Virus record (IMG/VR): IMGVR_UViG_3300046678_000278
Location: 1 to 64,000 of that record
DNA from: a virus
Lineage: Duplodnaviria; Caudoviricetes
Direction: 5' to 3' (one strand)
DNA length: 64,000 nt
Shown here in pieces: positions 1-9,341 of the stretch. The position numbers and the translations under genes are program-made. Numbering within the stretch: position 1 is the first letter of the stretch; each line of letters opens with the position of its first letter. The notes under the pieces were generated by a model. That model had not been told where the DNA came from and did no database searches. It worked only from the letters and a program-made list of their open reading frames with translations.

Positions 1-2539
1 TAAGGCCTAGAGCTAGAATTAGGTTATTGATGTTAGTTCCTAGGTTTAGAATATTAAGACCTAGTTCTACTGTTGCTCTAGTTATTTCAATAGTTAACGC
101 CGTATTAACAAAAGAATTTGCACTTATAGTTTCGTGCAATGTTACAATAGACCTACCCATTCCACTTTGTAAATTATTTTGGAAATCTATTATTGCTCCC
201 CTTAATTGAGTCATAGGGTCACGGTTTCTATCTCCTGCCGCTGCTCTTGTTTGACCAAATACTGATAATGCCTCAATGACTTCATTAAAATTTCTACCAC
301 TCTGCATAGCAAAGTCTTGTAGCTGTTCTACATTTTGAACTTCAATTCCTCTTTCTCTTAAAGCGTTATAGTCTAGATGATCGGCAAGTTCGGTAGCCAT
401 ATTTCCAATAGCTGCTCTTGCTGAGTTCCTATCAGAACCCAGAGAATCAATACCACCACCACCCATTCTTGTTGCTAATTGTTGTAAGAAGGCTAGATTA
501 TTCATACCACCAGTAGTTTGTAGTTGAGCTATTTCTTGTGCTATTCTACGTCTTTCAGATGCAGTTGTATTTCCAGTTATAGAACCTTGTAGTTGTGCTA
601 TTCTTTCTGGAATAGTACGAACTGTATCTCCTAGTGTATCTACTGCTCTATCGAAAGCACCAAATCCTTGATTATAACCACGAGCAGCTAACATTTGGTT
701 AACAGCCATGAGGGAAGTTCCACCTTGAAGTAGACCTCTCATTTCGTCACGCAACTGAGTTAGCGCATCAACCATTGGTCTTTCATTTTGAGTTCCTAAA
801 ATATTACTATTCATTAATTCTTGGACATTAACACCGCCTCTAGCTGCTGCTTGAATTAACATTGGCGCTAGTGGATTCCTTGGGTCAAAGTTGCCCATTG
901 CTTGAATAAGTGGACTTGTAACCTGTTCTGTACCTAATCTTCTAGCTGTTGCCGAAAAGCGAATCAAAGTTTCATTTGCAGAAGTAGTCAAACTGCCAGT
1001 ATTTCTCATTTGTTCTGCTAAACTACGAGCACTCTTAACTGCTGCTAAAAGATTATCACCAGTTACTCCAGTTGCTCTTCCTACTGCTTGAACTTGAGTA
1101 GACAAAACTCTAGCCTGAACAGCACTTAGATTAAATGACTGAACCCAACTAGCAAGTTCATCTGATGTTTGTTCTGCATTTGCTCCAATCATTCTACCAA
1201 GACCCAAACCAGTTCTAGCTTGGTCATTCATAGCCTGTTCTGATCTAAAGCCCCTTCTAGCCAGTCTGGTCATTTCGGCATTAAAATCTTGCATTGTCAT
1301 CATTAATTCATTGGCTTGCCGTCCACTAGTCAAGAACGCACTATACATGCTGTGTTGCCATGTACCAATTTGATTCGTGATATCTCCTACTGGACCACCA
1401 AGAGCCATTGTTAACTGACTAGTATTTTGCATTGTGTCGTAGGAATTTTTTGCTAATTCCGCAGGGTCCATGTTTACTTTTGGCATATTGCTGCTAAAAT
1501 TAGATGGACTTATCATATTCAACACGTTTAACACGGCTTGAAATCTCTTTTGAATGTTAGCTATTCTTTCCGCCAGATGTATTTGCATTCGCTCACCGGC
1601 AACTTGAGCAGCTACACCAATTCTTTTCATTAATTGTTCTTGTTCTTCTAGGGTAGAGTTTGTTTTATCCAGTGACCTGTAAGTGGCGATAGTGTCATCT
1701 AATATTTTTCGATCATATTGACTCATATGACCTTTATGCTTCAAAGCTCTTTCTATGTTTAATAATATTTTTTCATCATAATTAAATTCTTTTGCTGCTA
1801 AATCAACTATTTTTGCTAATTCATCCGCCGACAAACCAAACTTTTTTCCTAAGACTTCTGCCTGAGATATTAGTTCGTCATATATTTTCTTTGACTCAAT
1901 AGACATGCCTAATAGATTACTTCCCATGTCGGCTGCTTGCTGAATAGATTTAGCTTCACCCAAACCAGTAGCAGAACCTAATCCTGATGATGAACCAACA
2001 CTAGTATCTGAAACGGACTTTGACTTACTGATTCTGACTTTCTTTCCACTACCCATAAGAGCATTTAATACTTTAACTTCGCTAATAAGAATATCCATTT
2101 TACTAGCTACAGTAAAATCGTGTACGTGCAAAGAATGACCAGTTACAGCTTCTTTTGCCATTTTGTTTAGATTGTCAAATGTCTTTTTGTCTGCACCACC
2201 CATGCCGCCGCTGCCTTTCATATTATCTGCAAGGCGGTTTATGGCACTACTTAGATTTTTGAAATCATTACCCGTGGTTTTGGCTTTATCTTTTGTGTCT
2301 TTTATTACTTTTTGAATTAATTTGAGTGTTTTGTTTAAATCATCTAGGCCATCACTAAGTTGTTCCATCTTTTTGAGTTGTTCTTCGGCTCTTTTCTTTT
2401 CTTCACTTGATTCACCGCCAAATTTCTTAGCAGGACCAACAGCACCTACAATAGACGAAGCTAGAGCCTGAATAAACTCTTGTACGTTTACTCCTCCCGC
2501 TCCTAAGTCATTCATTGCTTGGTCAACTGTAACTGCCAT
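1..2539 (-). CDS. Tape measure protein, partial (runs off the left edge; not in the ORF track)
   Basis: Open minus frame from ATG at 2539 (MAVTVDQAMNDLGAGGVNVQEF...) through base 2, about 846 codons read without a stop. Helical, A/G/Q/M/L-rich, near the baseplate module. GTAAATA lies 4 nt upstream. Confidence 0.8.
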   Translation of the reverse strand, partial: MAVTVDQAMNDLGAGGVNVQEFIQALASSIVGAVGPAKKFGGESSEEKKRAEEQLKKMEQLSDGLDDLNKTLKLIQKVIKDTKDKAKTTGNDFKNLSSAINRLADNMKGSGGMGGADKKTFDNLNKMAKEAVTGHSLHVHDFTVASKMDILISEVKVLNALMGSGKKVRISKSKSVSDTSVGSSSGLGSATGLGEAKSIQQAADMGSNLLGMSIESKKIYDELISQAEVLGKKFGLSADELAKIVDLAAKEFNYDEKILLNIERALKHKGHMSQYDRKILDDTIATYRSLDKTNSTLEEQEQLMKRIGVAAQVAGERMQIHLAERIANIQKRFQAVLNVLNMISPSNFSSNMPKVNMDPAELAKNSYDTMQNTSQLTMALGGPVGDITNQIGTWQHSMYSAFLTSGRQANELMMTMQDFNAEMTRLARRGFRSEQAMNDQARTGLGLGRMIGANAEQTSDELASWVQSFNLSAVQARVLSTQVQAVGRATGVTGDNLLAAVKSARSLAEQMRNTGSLTTSANETLIRFSATARRLGTEQVTSPLIQAMGNFDPRNPLAPMLIQAAARGGVNVQELMNSNILGTQNERPMVDALTQLRDEMRGLLQGGTSLMAVNQMLAARGYNQGFGAFDRAVDTLGDTVRTIPERIAQLQGSITGNTTASERRRIAQEIAQLQTTGGMNNLAFLQQLATRMGGGGIDSLGSDRNSARAAIGNMATELADHLDYNALRERGIEVQNVEQLQDFAMQSGRNFNEVIEALSVFGQTRAAAGDRNRDPMTQLRGAIIDFQNNLQSGMGRSIVTLHETISANSFVNTALTIEITRATVELGLNILNLGTNINNLILALGL

Positions 2540-2546
2540 ATTTTAT

Positions 2547-3215
2547 TTACTCTGGTTGCGTTATGTCTGTAGGGTTAAATCTTGCATCTGGTTGCGCACG
2601 ACCAATGTTATAATCTCCATGTGGCTGTTTGTAGATAGCCTCTTGATATTGTTTTGCAAAGTCTTCGGCTGTTGGATGCATTTTCTGCTTCAACTGCTTC
2701 TGTACTTCTTTTCTTATCGCTTCTATCTCATTAGGCTTAAAAGAGCGTGCTGTTTTTAATACTCCATTAAGAAAATCACAATCCAAAACTTTAACTTGTC
2801 TACGTCCATCTTTCTTATAGCTACGATAACTATTTACTATATATTGATTGCCTTTTATGAATCCGTAATGAAACATTTTACCACAAAAATTATCGGTTAG
2901 TTGTTTCATGTATCTAAATGTAAGATAGTGTAGATTTAATCCAGAAATCATACCATTAGGCCACAATTTGCCAACTAAGCACAATGGAAAAGGATCATGT
3001 TCATACCACATATATTGAAAAGCTATTAAACTTCCTCTTTTAATGCTTTTGTTATAGACCCTTTTAAATATTCCCTTTTCGGCTTTTTGTTGTAGTTTTT
3101 GTTGCTCTAAATTGGATTGTAACTGTCTGGCTTGTTTCGCTTGAGATTGAGAATTAATCAAATCAGCCGCCGACATTCCCGGTGTCGTTGGCGTTGGTTG
3201 AATCGGATCAGGCAT
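2547..3215 (-). CDS. T4 gp2-like DNA end protector protein
   Basis: YEHDPFPLCLVG...GMISGLNLHYL matches the gp2 family motif (YWDxFPL...GLNLHY). Confidence 0.7.
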   Translation of the reverse strand: MPDPIQPTPTTPGMSAADLINSQSQAKQARQLQSNLEQQKLQQKAEKGIFKRVYNKSIKRGSLIAFQYMWYEHDPFPLCLVGKLWPNGMISGLNLHYLTFRYMKQLTDNFCGKMFHYGFIKGNQYIVNSYRSYKKDGRRQVKVLDCDFLNGVLKTARSFKPNEIEAIRKEVQKQLKQKMHPTAEDFAKQYQEAIYKQPHGDYNIGRAQPDARFNPTDITQPE

Positions 3216-3733
3216 TAGTTACCTTCTTTAGAATTACTCGTCACTTGATTTGCATAATCTTGGTTGCTATCTCTTGCTCCAATAATTTTGCCTAATGAAT
3301 CGTCGTCAATATCACCTTCTTCGTCATTTTGTAGTTTGGCTGAATGTAGGAAAAAGTTTAATATTTCTTCAACTAAGTATTTGATAAGGTCTTTTGCCGT
3401 TTTATCACTTTGGCCTTCGCTGATTAAATCCTTAAACATACCCTTAACATCTAGCAAATATGCTGTGCCGAATGGTTCTGCGTTTTCTTTGTTTTGCGGA
3501 CGAAAGCTAATAATGTCTTTTCCACGGGTGTAAATTCTAATACCACCGAACTCTAAACTCTCTATGATTGGATTGGCACTCACTGGTTTTTCAATGTAAA
3601 TATATGGGTCTTCGTGATGATTAAGTCGGTCTTTGACACCAAAACCTGCTTTTTCTAGAATCTTACCCAATAGACGTAAGTTGTCCTTATTCATCCTATC
3701 CTTACGTTCCAAAAATGCTGAGAACCTTTTCAT
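3215..3733 (-). CDS. Hypothetical protein with capsid-targeting-like N-terminus
   Basis: Likely start MKRFSAFLE at 3733; the longer track ORF overlaps the opposite-strand gene and its promoter. Confidence 0.6.
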   Translation of the reverse strand: MKRFSAFLERKDRMNKDNLRLLGKILEKAGFGVKDRLNHHEDPYIYIEKPVSANPIIESLEFGGIRIYTRGKDIISFRPQNKENAEPFGTAYLLDVKGMFKDLISEGQSDKTAKDLIKYLVEEILNFFLHSAKLQNDEEGDIDDDSLGKIIGARDSNQDYANQVTSNSKEGN

Positions 3734-3743
3734 GTAATATGTA

Positions 3744-3771
3744 TTGACAATATGGTAGAATTTATTATAAT
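3744..3771 (+). promoter_or_regulatory. Sigma70-type promoter
   Basis: TTGACA-N16-TATAAT, followed by GGAGG SD and ATG at 3789. Confidence 0.75.
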
Positions 3772-3788
3772 AAGATTGGAGGTAATAT

Positions 3789-4046
3789 ATGACTGTATTC
3801 TTTTTGGGCTTGTTGTGGTTTTTTATGATTTCAATGCAAACCAGAATCATAGCCTTTACTAATAATTTTATGTTTCATGGTCTTTGGACATTTATGGTAA
3901 GCATTGTTTGGGTATTTTTAATTAAGCAAATAATTGTTAGCACAGATAGCTGGGATTTTATTTTATATGCTCTTGGTACTGCTGTTGGTAGTATATTTGC
4001 TACTTATATTCATTCAAAGTTTATGACTAAAAAAGAAAAAGATTAA
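3789..4046 (+). CDS. Small multi-pass membrane protein
   Basis: 85 aa with about three hydrophobic helices; strong SD and promoter. Confidence 0.65.
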   Translation: MTVFFLGLLWFFMISMQTRIIAFTNNFMFHGLWTFMVSIVWVFLIKQIIVSTDSWDFILYALGTAVGSIFATYIHSKFMTKKEKD

Positions 4047-4510
4047 AAATTTTCGTATTGTTTTATATCATTCATGAACGCATCCCAGTATTTACCAAAT
4101 TCTGCAAGTTGTCTTCCATAGGTTTGTTCGCCATTAACTATTGCTTTAATGTTTCTCATCATAAACTTGTGAAATTGTCCAAGATGCTCAGCAGACTTCA
4201 AATCAGCACCACGATTTATTGTAGCTGGTTCTAGCATTCCACCGTTTTTTCTAAAATCAAGAATAGCATTAACTAGAGCATCTTTAGAAGCTTTGAGATT
4301 TTCCATAGGGACTTGAATCTCATATTTTTCAATGTAATATTGAAGTTTATTTATCTTATCTAACCAACCACTCATCATTTCAATAGGGTTAATTTTGTGA
4401 GAATAATAACCACGTTTATAAGAACCTACCGCTATTTGCCAAGCCCAGCGTCTAAGCTCACCCAAACTTATAGGGTGGCCCTCTTTCCAGTCGTCTCTTG
4501 ATTTTGTCAT
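4043..4510 (-). CDS. Hypothetical protein
   Basis: 155-aa ORF with TATAAATA 5 nt upstream of the ATG. Confidence 0.6.
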   Translation of the reverse strand: MTKSRDDWKEGHPISLGELRRWAWQIAVGSYKRGYYSHKINPIEMMSGWLDKINKLQYYIEKYEIQVPMENLKASKDALVNAILDFRKNGGMLEPATINRGADLKSAEHLGQFHKFMMRNIKAIVNGEQTYGRQLAEFGKYWDAFMNDIKQYENF

Positions 4511-4537
4511 GATATTATTTATAATAATGTTTATTTA

Positions 4538-5815
4538 TTAAACAACTTGCTTCGCAATAATTTCATAAAGACCAGGAACACTTCTCTGTAACTGCTTAAT
4601 TTCACTTGGATTGCCGGAATATGGTACGGAATTAAAGAAGATTCCACTCATTCCTGCGCTAGCCATCTTTAGTGTATCTAGATCGGCAATCAAGTATAGA
4701 ACACTATCACGACGTTCTATAAAAGGAACTTCTTCTGTTTCTGGTCTTCCATCATCATCAACTTCGCCAGTTTCTTTAACGAAGAAAAGACTATAATCAA
4801 TAACTGGAATAATTGCTCCATCATCACCAATTAGAACTTCTTTGTTTTCGTTCTCCCTACCACGAACAACCACTTTTCCTTCTTTATAAGCATCCATTAA
4901 GCTGTTTCCAATATCCCATCCTATAGAATAAATTGTTCCATCTGTGGTGCATACATGAATCAAGAAAGCACGTTTACGATAATGTTCTGCAATGGATTTC
5001 AGAATGATTTTTCTTCTTAGAACCTGTTTTTCTTCTGGGCTTCCTTCTGATAGGCTTTCACGTTCATTTGGTTTTAGATACTTAGTTGGATCATCAGAAA
5101 CCAAACTCCATTTGCCAAGATTAATTTCTCCAAACTGAGTTGTGAATCTTGTTGAAATATTAACGTCATAATCTTCACCACAATAAACAAGGTCTTTATT
5201 TGTAGAACCTGCACCTATTTGAACTGCACCAAAGAAAGCTGCCAACCATTTACGGTGAAGGTCTTGTTTCCAGCCAAAAGTACCGGATAACTTAATAATA
5301 CCTTGATATAGCAATGGTTGTTGTTCTATTGCTTGATTAAAGTGTTGCATTAGAGTTGTACCTGGATTAGTTCTATCTAAGTCTTTCTTTACTGCATTAC
5401 GAATTTGTGTACTTGCTTTAAAAACATTATCATCACGACGAAACATGAAGATTTGAATGTTATCTTCAACAAATTTGCGTTGTGAGGCTTCTAAATCACG
5501 ATCACGGATTGATTTTAGTAGGGTAACTAGTTCTTCATTATCACATTTAATTGCGGCTTCCATGAAATCGTGTTTCCAAGATTCATAATCACTATTTGCA
5601 TTTTGTTCTGGTGTTTCTATACTTTCTGGATCATTATTAGCATCATCTTCTGGACCTTGAGCGGCAGCAGAAGGATCATCTCCTGGTTGTGGCTGTTGTG
5701 GGGGTTGTTGTGGAGGTATGGAGCCACCTTGTCCTGGTGCATTAGGATCACTAGCTGGTGCTTGATTTCCCGCTGCATTTTCTGCTTCTATCCAATATTG
5801 CCAGTTGTTTCTCAT
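4538..5815 (-). CDS. Hypothetical, probable internal virion protein with P/Q/G-rich N-terminal linker
   Basis: 425 aa; starts MRNNWQYWIEAE; GATAAATA 5 nt upstream. Confidence 0.6.
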   Translation of the reverse strand: MRNNWQYWIEAENAAGNQAPASDPNAPGQGGSIPPQQPPQQPQPGDDPSAAAQGPEDDANNDPESIETPEQNANSDYESWKHDFMEAAIKCDNEELVTLLKSIRDRDLEASQRKFVEDNIQIFMFRRDDNVFKASTQIRNAVKKDLDRTNPGTTLMQHFNQAIEQQPLLYQGIIKLSGTFGWKQDLHRKWLAAFFGAVQIGAGSTNKDLVYCGEDYDVNISTRFTTQFGEINLGKWSLVSDDPTKYLKPNERESLSEGSPEEKQVLRRKIILKSIAEHYRKRAFLIHVCTTDGTIYSIGWDIGNSLMDAYKEGKVVVRGRENENKEVLIGDDGAIIPVIDYSLFFVKETGEVDDDGRPETEEVPFIERRDSVLYLIADLDTLKMASAGMSGIFFNSVPYSGNPSEIKQLQRSVPGLYEIIAKQVV

Positions 5816-5819
5816 AATA

Positions 5820-6227
5820 CTATTTATCCTTTGCTTCTTTATCTAGATCAGAAAAGAGCTTTCTTTTATCTATAAAATCGTTGTGTTGATGGGCTATAAC
5901 TGTTTTTGGACCTTCTTTATTATAAACTTTCATCATCATTTCTAGCATTCTAGTCTTTTTATCTATAAGGTCTGATTTTAGCTTCAATAAATTAACAAGA
6001 GCTTCTTTACTAGCACCAGTTGCATCTCCTGCATTGAAGACCATTTCAGCAAAGTTCACATATGCTTCTTGTATTTCATTTTTTTCGACATCTATATCAC
6101 CCATTACCGTTTTGACAAGTTCTACTACTTGTTCTGTTGCTATAAGTTGAGTATCAGTTTGAGTGGGTGGAACACTAATATTCATTGCTACTTGTGGCAC
6201 AGCAAGATCATTTTTTTGATTTTCCAT
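5820..6227 (-). CDS. Hypothetical helical protein
   Basis: Likely start MENQKND at 6227, with CTAAATA 4 nt upstream. Confidence 0.55.
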   Translation of the reverse strand: MENQKNDLAVPQVAMNISVPPTQTDTQLIATEQVVELVKTVMGDIDVEKNEIQEAYVNFAEMVFNAGDATGASKEALVNLLKLKSDLIDKKTRMLEMMMKVYNKEGPKTVIAHQHNDFIDKRKLFSDLDKEAKDK

Positions 6228-6344
6228 GTTGTATTTAGCCAAATTAAAAGATATTGTATATATAAAAATAGAATCACACTTCTTACTTTTCTTATTTCCC
6301 CCTAAATACATTGTCAAACACCAAATGGAATGGGAGTAATATAG

Positions 6345-6818
6345 ATGTCCGAGATAGAAAAAACCCTCATTGAAGAAATTAAACAAATTATCAACATAAC
6401 TAGCAGGGTGGATGAGAGAGTTAAGATGATTGCTGATAGTCAGAATCAGATAGGTCAAAGACTAGAGCATTTTATTGATGAGCATAATGAATTAGCTTCA
6501 AAAGTTTATGTTATAGAAGCTAAAAATGGTTCTAAAGCATATGAGCTTATCAGTAAACTTGATGATAGATTGGATATTTTGGCATCTAAATTGGAAATAA
6601 TTGAGCTTATAGGGTCTAAGAAGCACACAGAAGAGATTGCAGATCATGAAGATACAATAATAGACATATTACATCGTACTAAAAATTTAGAAGAGCATAA
6701 AAGCAATATATCAGATAAAATTAAAACTGTTTTCAATCATGTAGTGCAGGGTGTATTTTTTATAGCTATTGCTTATATTCTTTACAAGTTGGGAATAAAT
6801 CCACCCCCAGGTCAATGA
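6345..6818 (+). CDS. Coiled-coil protein with C-terminal transmembrane helix
   Basis: Heptad pattern followed by VVQGVFFIAIAYILYKLGI; GGGAG SD. Confidence 0.55.
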   Translation: MSEIEKTLIEEIKQIINITSRVDERVKMIADSQNQIGQRLEHFIDEHNELASKVYVIEAKNGSKAYELISKLDDRLDILASKLEIIELIGSKKHTEEIADHEDTIIDILHRTKNLEEHKSNISDKIKTVFNHVVQGVFFIAIAYILYKLGINPPPGQ

Positions 6819-6841
6819 AACATTACTAATATAAGGACACT

Positions 6842-7381
6842 ATGGCAAGAGCAACTAATTATAATGGGCAACTGCAACCAATTAATTGCAGTATAACTAT
6901 TAATGGAACAACAGTAAAGCCAAGAATTTTACCAGAAATATCAGATTCCAAGTCGGCTTCTTATAATGATGAATCTGTTATTGGTAGATCATTCCCAATT
7001 AAGACATTTTCTCATGGTGAAAATCGCTCAATTTCAATGAAGTGGAAGATTCTTATTGTTGACACAGAAACATTATTTGAAGCAGTGCAGCAATTAAAGG
7101 CATTTACAAGTTTAGTTTATCCGCAAGCTGGATTTGGAAATACACCTTATCAACCGCCAACTATTTGCACTATTGATTGTGGACAAATATTATCCGCTGG
7201 GTCTGGCGAGAATTTTGGTCCGCTTTGTGTTATATTGAAATCTTATAGCATCACCTATCCAACAGATGTAGCTTGGAATGAAGATTTTATGATTCCTTAT
7301 AAGTTTGATATTGATTTGTCTTGGGATGTTGTTTATGCGACAAGCGAACTTCCAAATTCAAACATGATTATTGGTTTTTAA
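6842..7381 (+). CDS. Baseplate/tail-tube initiator protein (gp48/gp54 or CIS-tube-like)
   Basis: PEISDSKSASY...IGRSFPI...Y-P...PP pattern; first gene of the baseplate operon. Confidence 0.6.
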   Translation: MARATNYNGQLQPINCSITINGTTVKPRILPEISDSKSASYNDESVIGRSFPIKTFSHGENRSISMKWKILIVDTETLFEAVQQLKAFTSLVYPQAGFGNTPYQPPTICTIDCGQILSAGSGENFGPLCVILKSYSITYPTDVAWNEDFMIPYKFDIDLSWDVVYATSELPNSNMIIGF

Positions 7382-7392
7382 TGAGGTATTAG

Positions 7393-7725
7393 ATGTCTAC
7401 ACCGATTGAAATAGCAAGAGGAGTGAAGAATATTGACTTTGTAGCGAATACAAGTCGTTATATTAATTCTACACTTATTTATTGGGGTGATAAAAGAGTT
7501 TTGACCTATGAGACTTATAAAAGGCCAACTTTCGCTCCAAGTAATACTGATAAGTTTTTGATTATTAGTGCGGGAGAAGAGTTTCGTCCCGATTTAATTG
7601 CCAAGAGAGCATATGGAGTTAATTTAATTGCTTTTTGGTGGAAGATAATGGAAGCTAATAATATTTTTGATGTTTTCGATTTAAAGGCAGGGACAACGCT
7701 TCGTATTCCTGCGGTTTTGGGTTAA
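7393..7725 (+). CDS. gp53/LysM-like baseplate wedge protein
   Basis: RPDLIAKRAYG...WWKIMEANNI...LKAGTTLRIP. Confidence 0.8.
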   Translation: MSTPIEIARGVKNIDFVANTSRYINSTLIYWGDKRVLTYETYKRPTFAPSNTDKFLIISAGEEFRPDLIAKRAYGVNLIAFWWKIMEANNIFDVFDLKAGTTLRIPAVLG

Positions 7726-7727
7726 TT

Positions 7728-9329
7728 ATGATTTGTAATCTAAGTGGACTATGTGGAAATGTTGCTTCGCCCAATTTGACAAAAAAGGCAATCGAAGAAC
7801 CTAGTATTGCGCCTTTTGTTCAAGTTCAAATTAGGGGTGCGGGTGATGCTGTTGAAGCACAAGCATTCTTAGGCGGGGAAGCATTCGATATATACGGAAG
7901 TGATCCAGTTGATATAGGCGTTGGTAATGGTTCTTTTCCAGCAGTAGTTAAATCACTTCAAGTTGGAACATCTAATGGTGCTGGTGCAGAAATAGAAATT
8001 GTGGATCAGGAAGGTGGAGACTTTAGTGTTATATTTGAGAGAGTAACAAGACTTGGTACAGCAACAGATTCATTGTGTTATATTAGATGGGGATGGGTTT
8101 CTACGGTTTGCGGTGGTGGCTCAGTGGCAGTAACAACAGCAGAAAATCCAAGAGGTTTTCAGCCAACAGGTGGAAGTGTTTCTCCTTGGGTTTCTTTTAC
8201 AATGATGACTTTTTCTGTTGATTATTCTGCCGGAACTATAAAGTATAAAATAAACTGTGTTGACACTTTAGCCACTTTAGTTGATTCAAAATATAATGGT
8301 TCTATAGAATGTCATTTTCGTACAGCAGTTGAAACGCTTTGTGAAGAAAGATCGGTGGCTGTAAAATTTGTGGCGTTTAGTGGTAACACCGAAATACCAT
8401 TTACTTTTAAAACAGACGGCACAGGTACGTGTGATGAAGATTTTGGTATGTGGAGAGTTTGGGAAGGTCGGAACCGAACTGTTTTAGCTTGCATATACGA
8501 ATGGACTAGATTGCATCTTGCTAATACTGGTAGTCCACAGGGAGTTGGTATTAGAGTAATAATGGATCATACAACTGGTGCTAATGGAACATTAATATTT
8601 CTGGCAAGTCCTATTGATCCTTGTTCTGGTTCAAGTGCTGCTAATTCTAATAACTCTATTGCTAATTATATAGTGAATGGTGGTTGTGACAGTCCAGTTA
8701 TTAATTTTAAGCCAACTATAGGATGGACTGGTGTTGGGGCAAATGCTGCTGGCGGTGCTGGTGGTGGTTCTGCGCCAGGAACTCAATTAAATAGAGGACC
8801 ATCGCCATGTTTAGCCAATTTGTCAGCTAATCCTCATCTATACACTCCAACAAATGGCGGTATTAGACTTGGTACTAATCTTGCTGTTGCAGCTAATAGA
8901 AGTGACATATTGGCTTCTGGACCATTGAGAGCTTTAAGATATGTCCATAGCCATACTATAACTAATAATCTGGTTAGTCTTGCGTGGAATCCTATTACGG
9001 CAGAGCTAAAAGTACAGGGTGATCCTTCTTATACACATCCTTTACTTTATCTTGCTAGGTATATGAGTTTAAGTGTTCTGAATCCTTTTCAAATAGGAAC
9101 ACAAGCGCCTTGCAGATGGACAAACACTCCATCTTGTAATGAGGTGCTATCTAATAACAGTTGGATTATTGAAGGTGTTTCTCATGACATAAGAGAAGGT
9201 TCATATACAACTACTTTTAAGATAAGACTATTAGCACCAGGCCAAGATGCTGTTCTTGATGCATTCTTAGCTCCTGTAATTAATGCAGCTAGTGCGGTAG
9301 GAAATGCAATCGCTGGTTTACCATTTTAA
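7728..9329 (+). CDS. Baseplate hub protein (gp27/gpD-like)
   Basis: Lies between the LysM and gp5 genes; IRWGW and AELKVQGDP...WIIEGVSHDI...YTTTF motifs. Confidence 0.65.
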   Translation: MICNLSGLCGNVASPNLTKKAIEEPSIAPFVQVQIRGAGDAVEAQAFLGGEAFDIYGSDPVDIGVGNGSFPAVVKSLQVGTSNGAGAEIEIVDQEGGDFSVIFERVTRLGTATDSLCYIRWGWVSTVCGGGSVAVTTAENPRGFQPTGGSVSPWVSFTMMTFSVDYSAGTIKYKINCVDTLATLVDSKYNGSIECHFRTAVETLCEERSVAVKFVAFSGNTEIPFTFKTDGTGTCDEDFGMWRVWEGRNRTVLACIYEWTRLHLANTGSPQGVGIRVIMDHTTGANGTLIFLASPIDPCSGSSAANSNNSIANYIVNGGCDSPVINFKPTIGWTGVGANAAGGAGGGSAPGTQLNRGPSPCLANLSANPHLYTPTNGGIRLGTNLAVAANRSDILASGPLRALRYVHSHTITNNLVSLAWNPITAELKVQGDPSYTHPLLYLARYMSLSVLNPFQIGTQAPCRWTNTPSCNEVLSNNSWIIEGVSHDIREGSYTTTFKIRLLAPGQDAVLDAFLAPVINAASAVGNAIAGLPF

Positions 9330-9341
9330 TAAAGAAAATTT

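Noticed and set aside
6345-6818. Holin or spanin call
   Set aside because: It has only a C-terminal TM and coiled coil, with no adjacent endolysin or lipobox partner.
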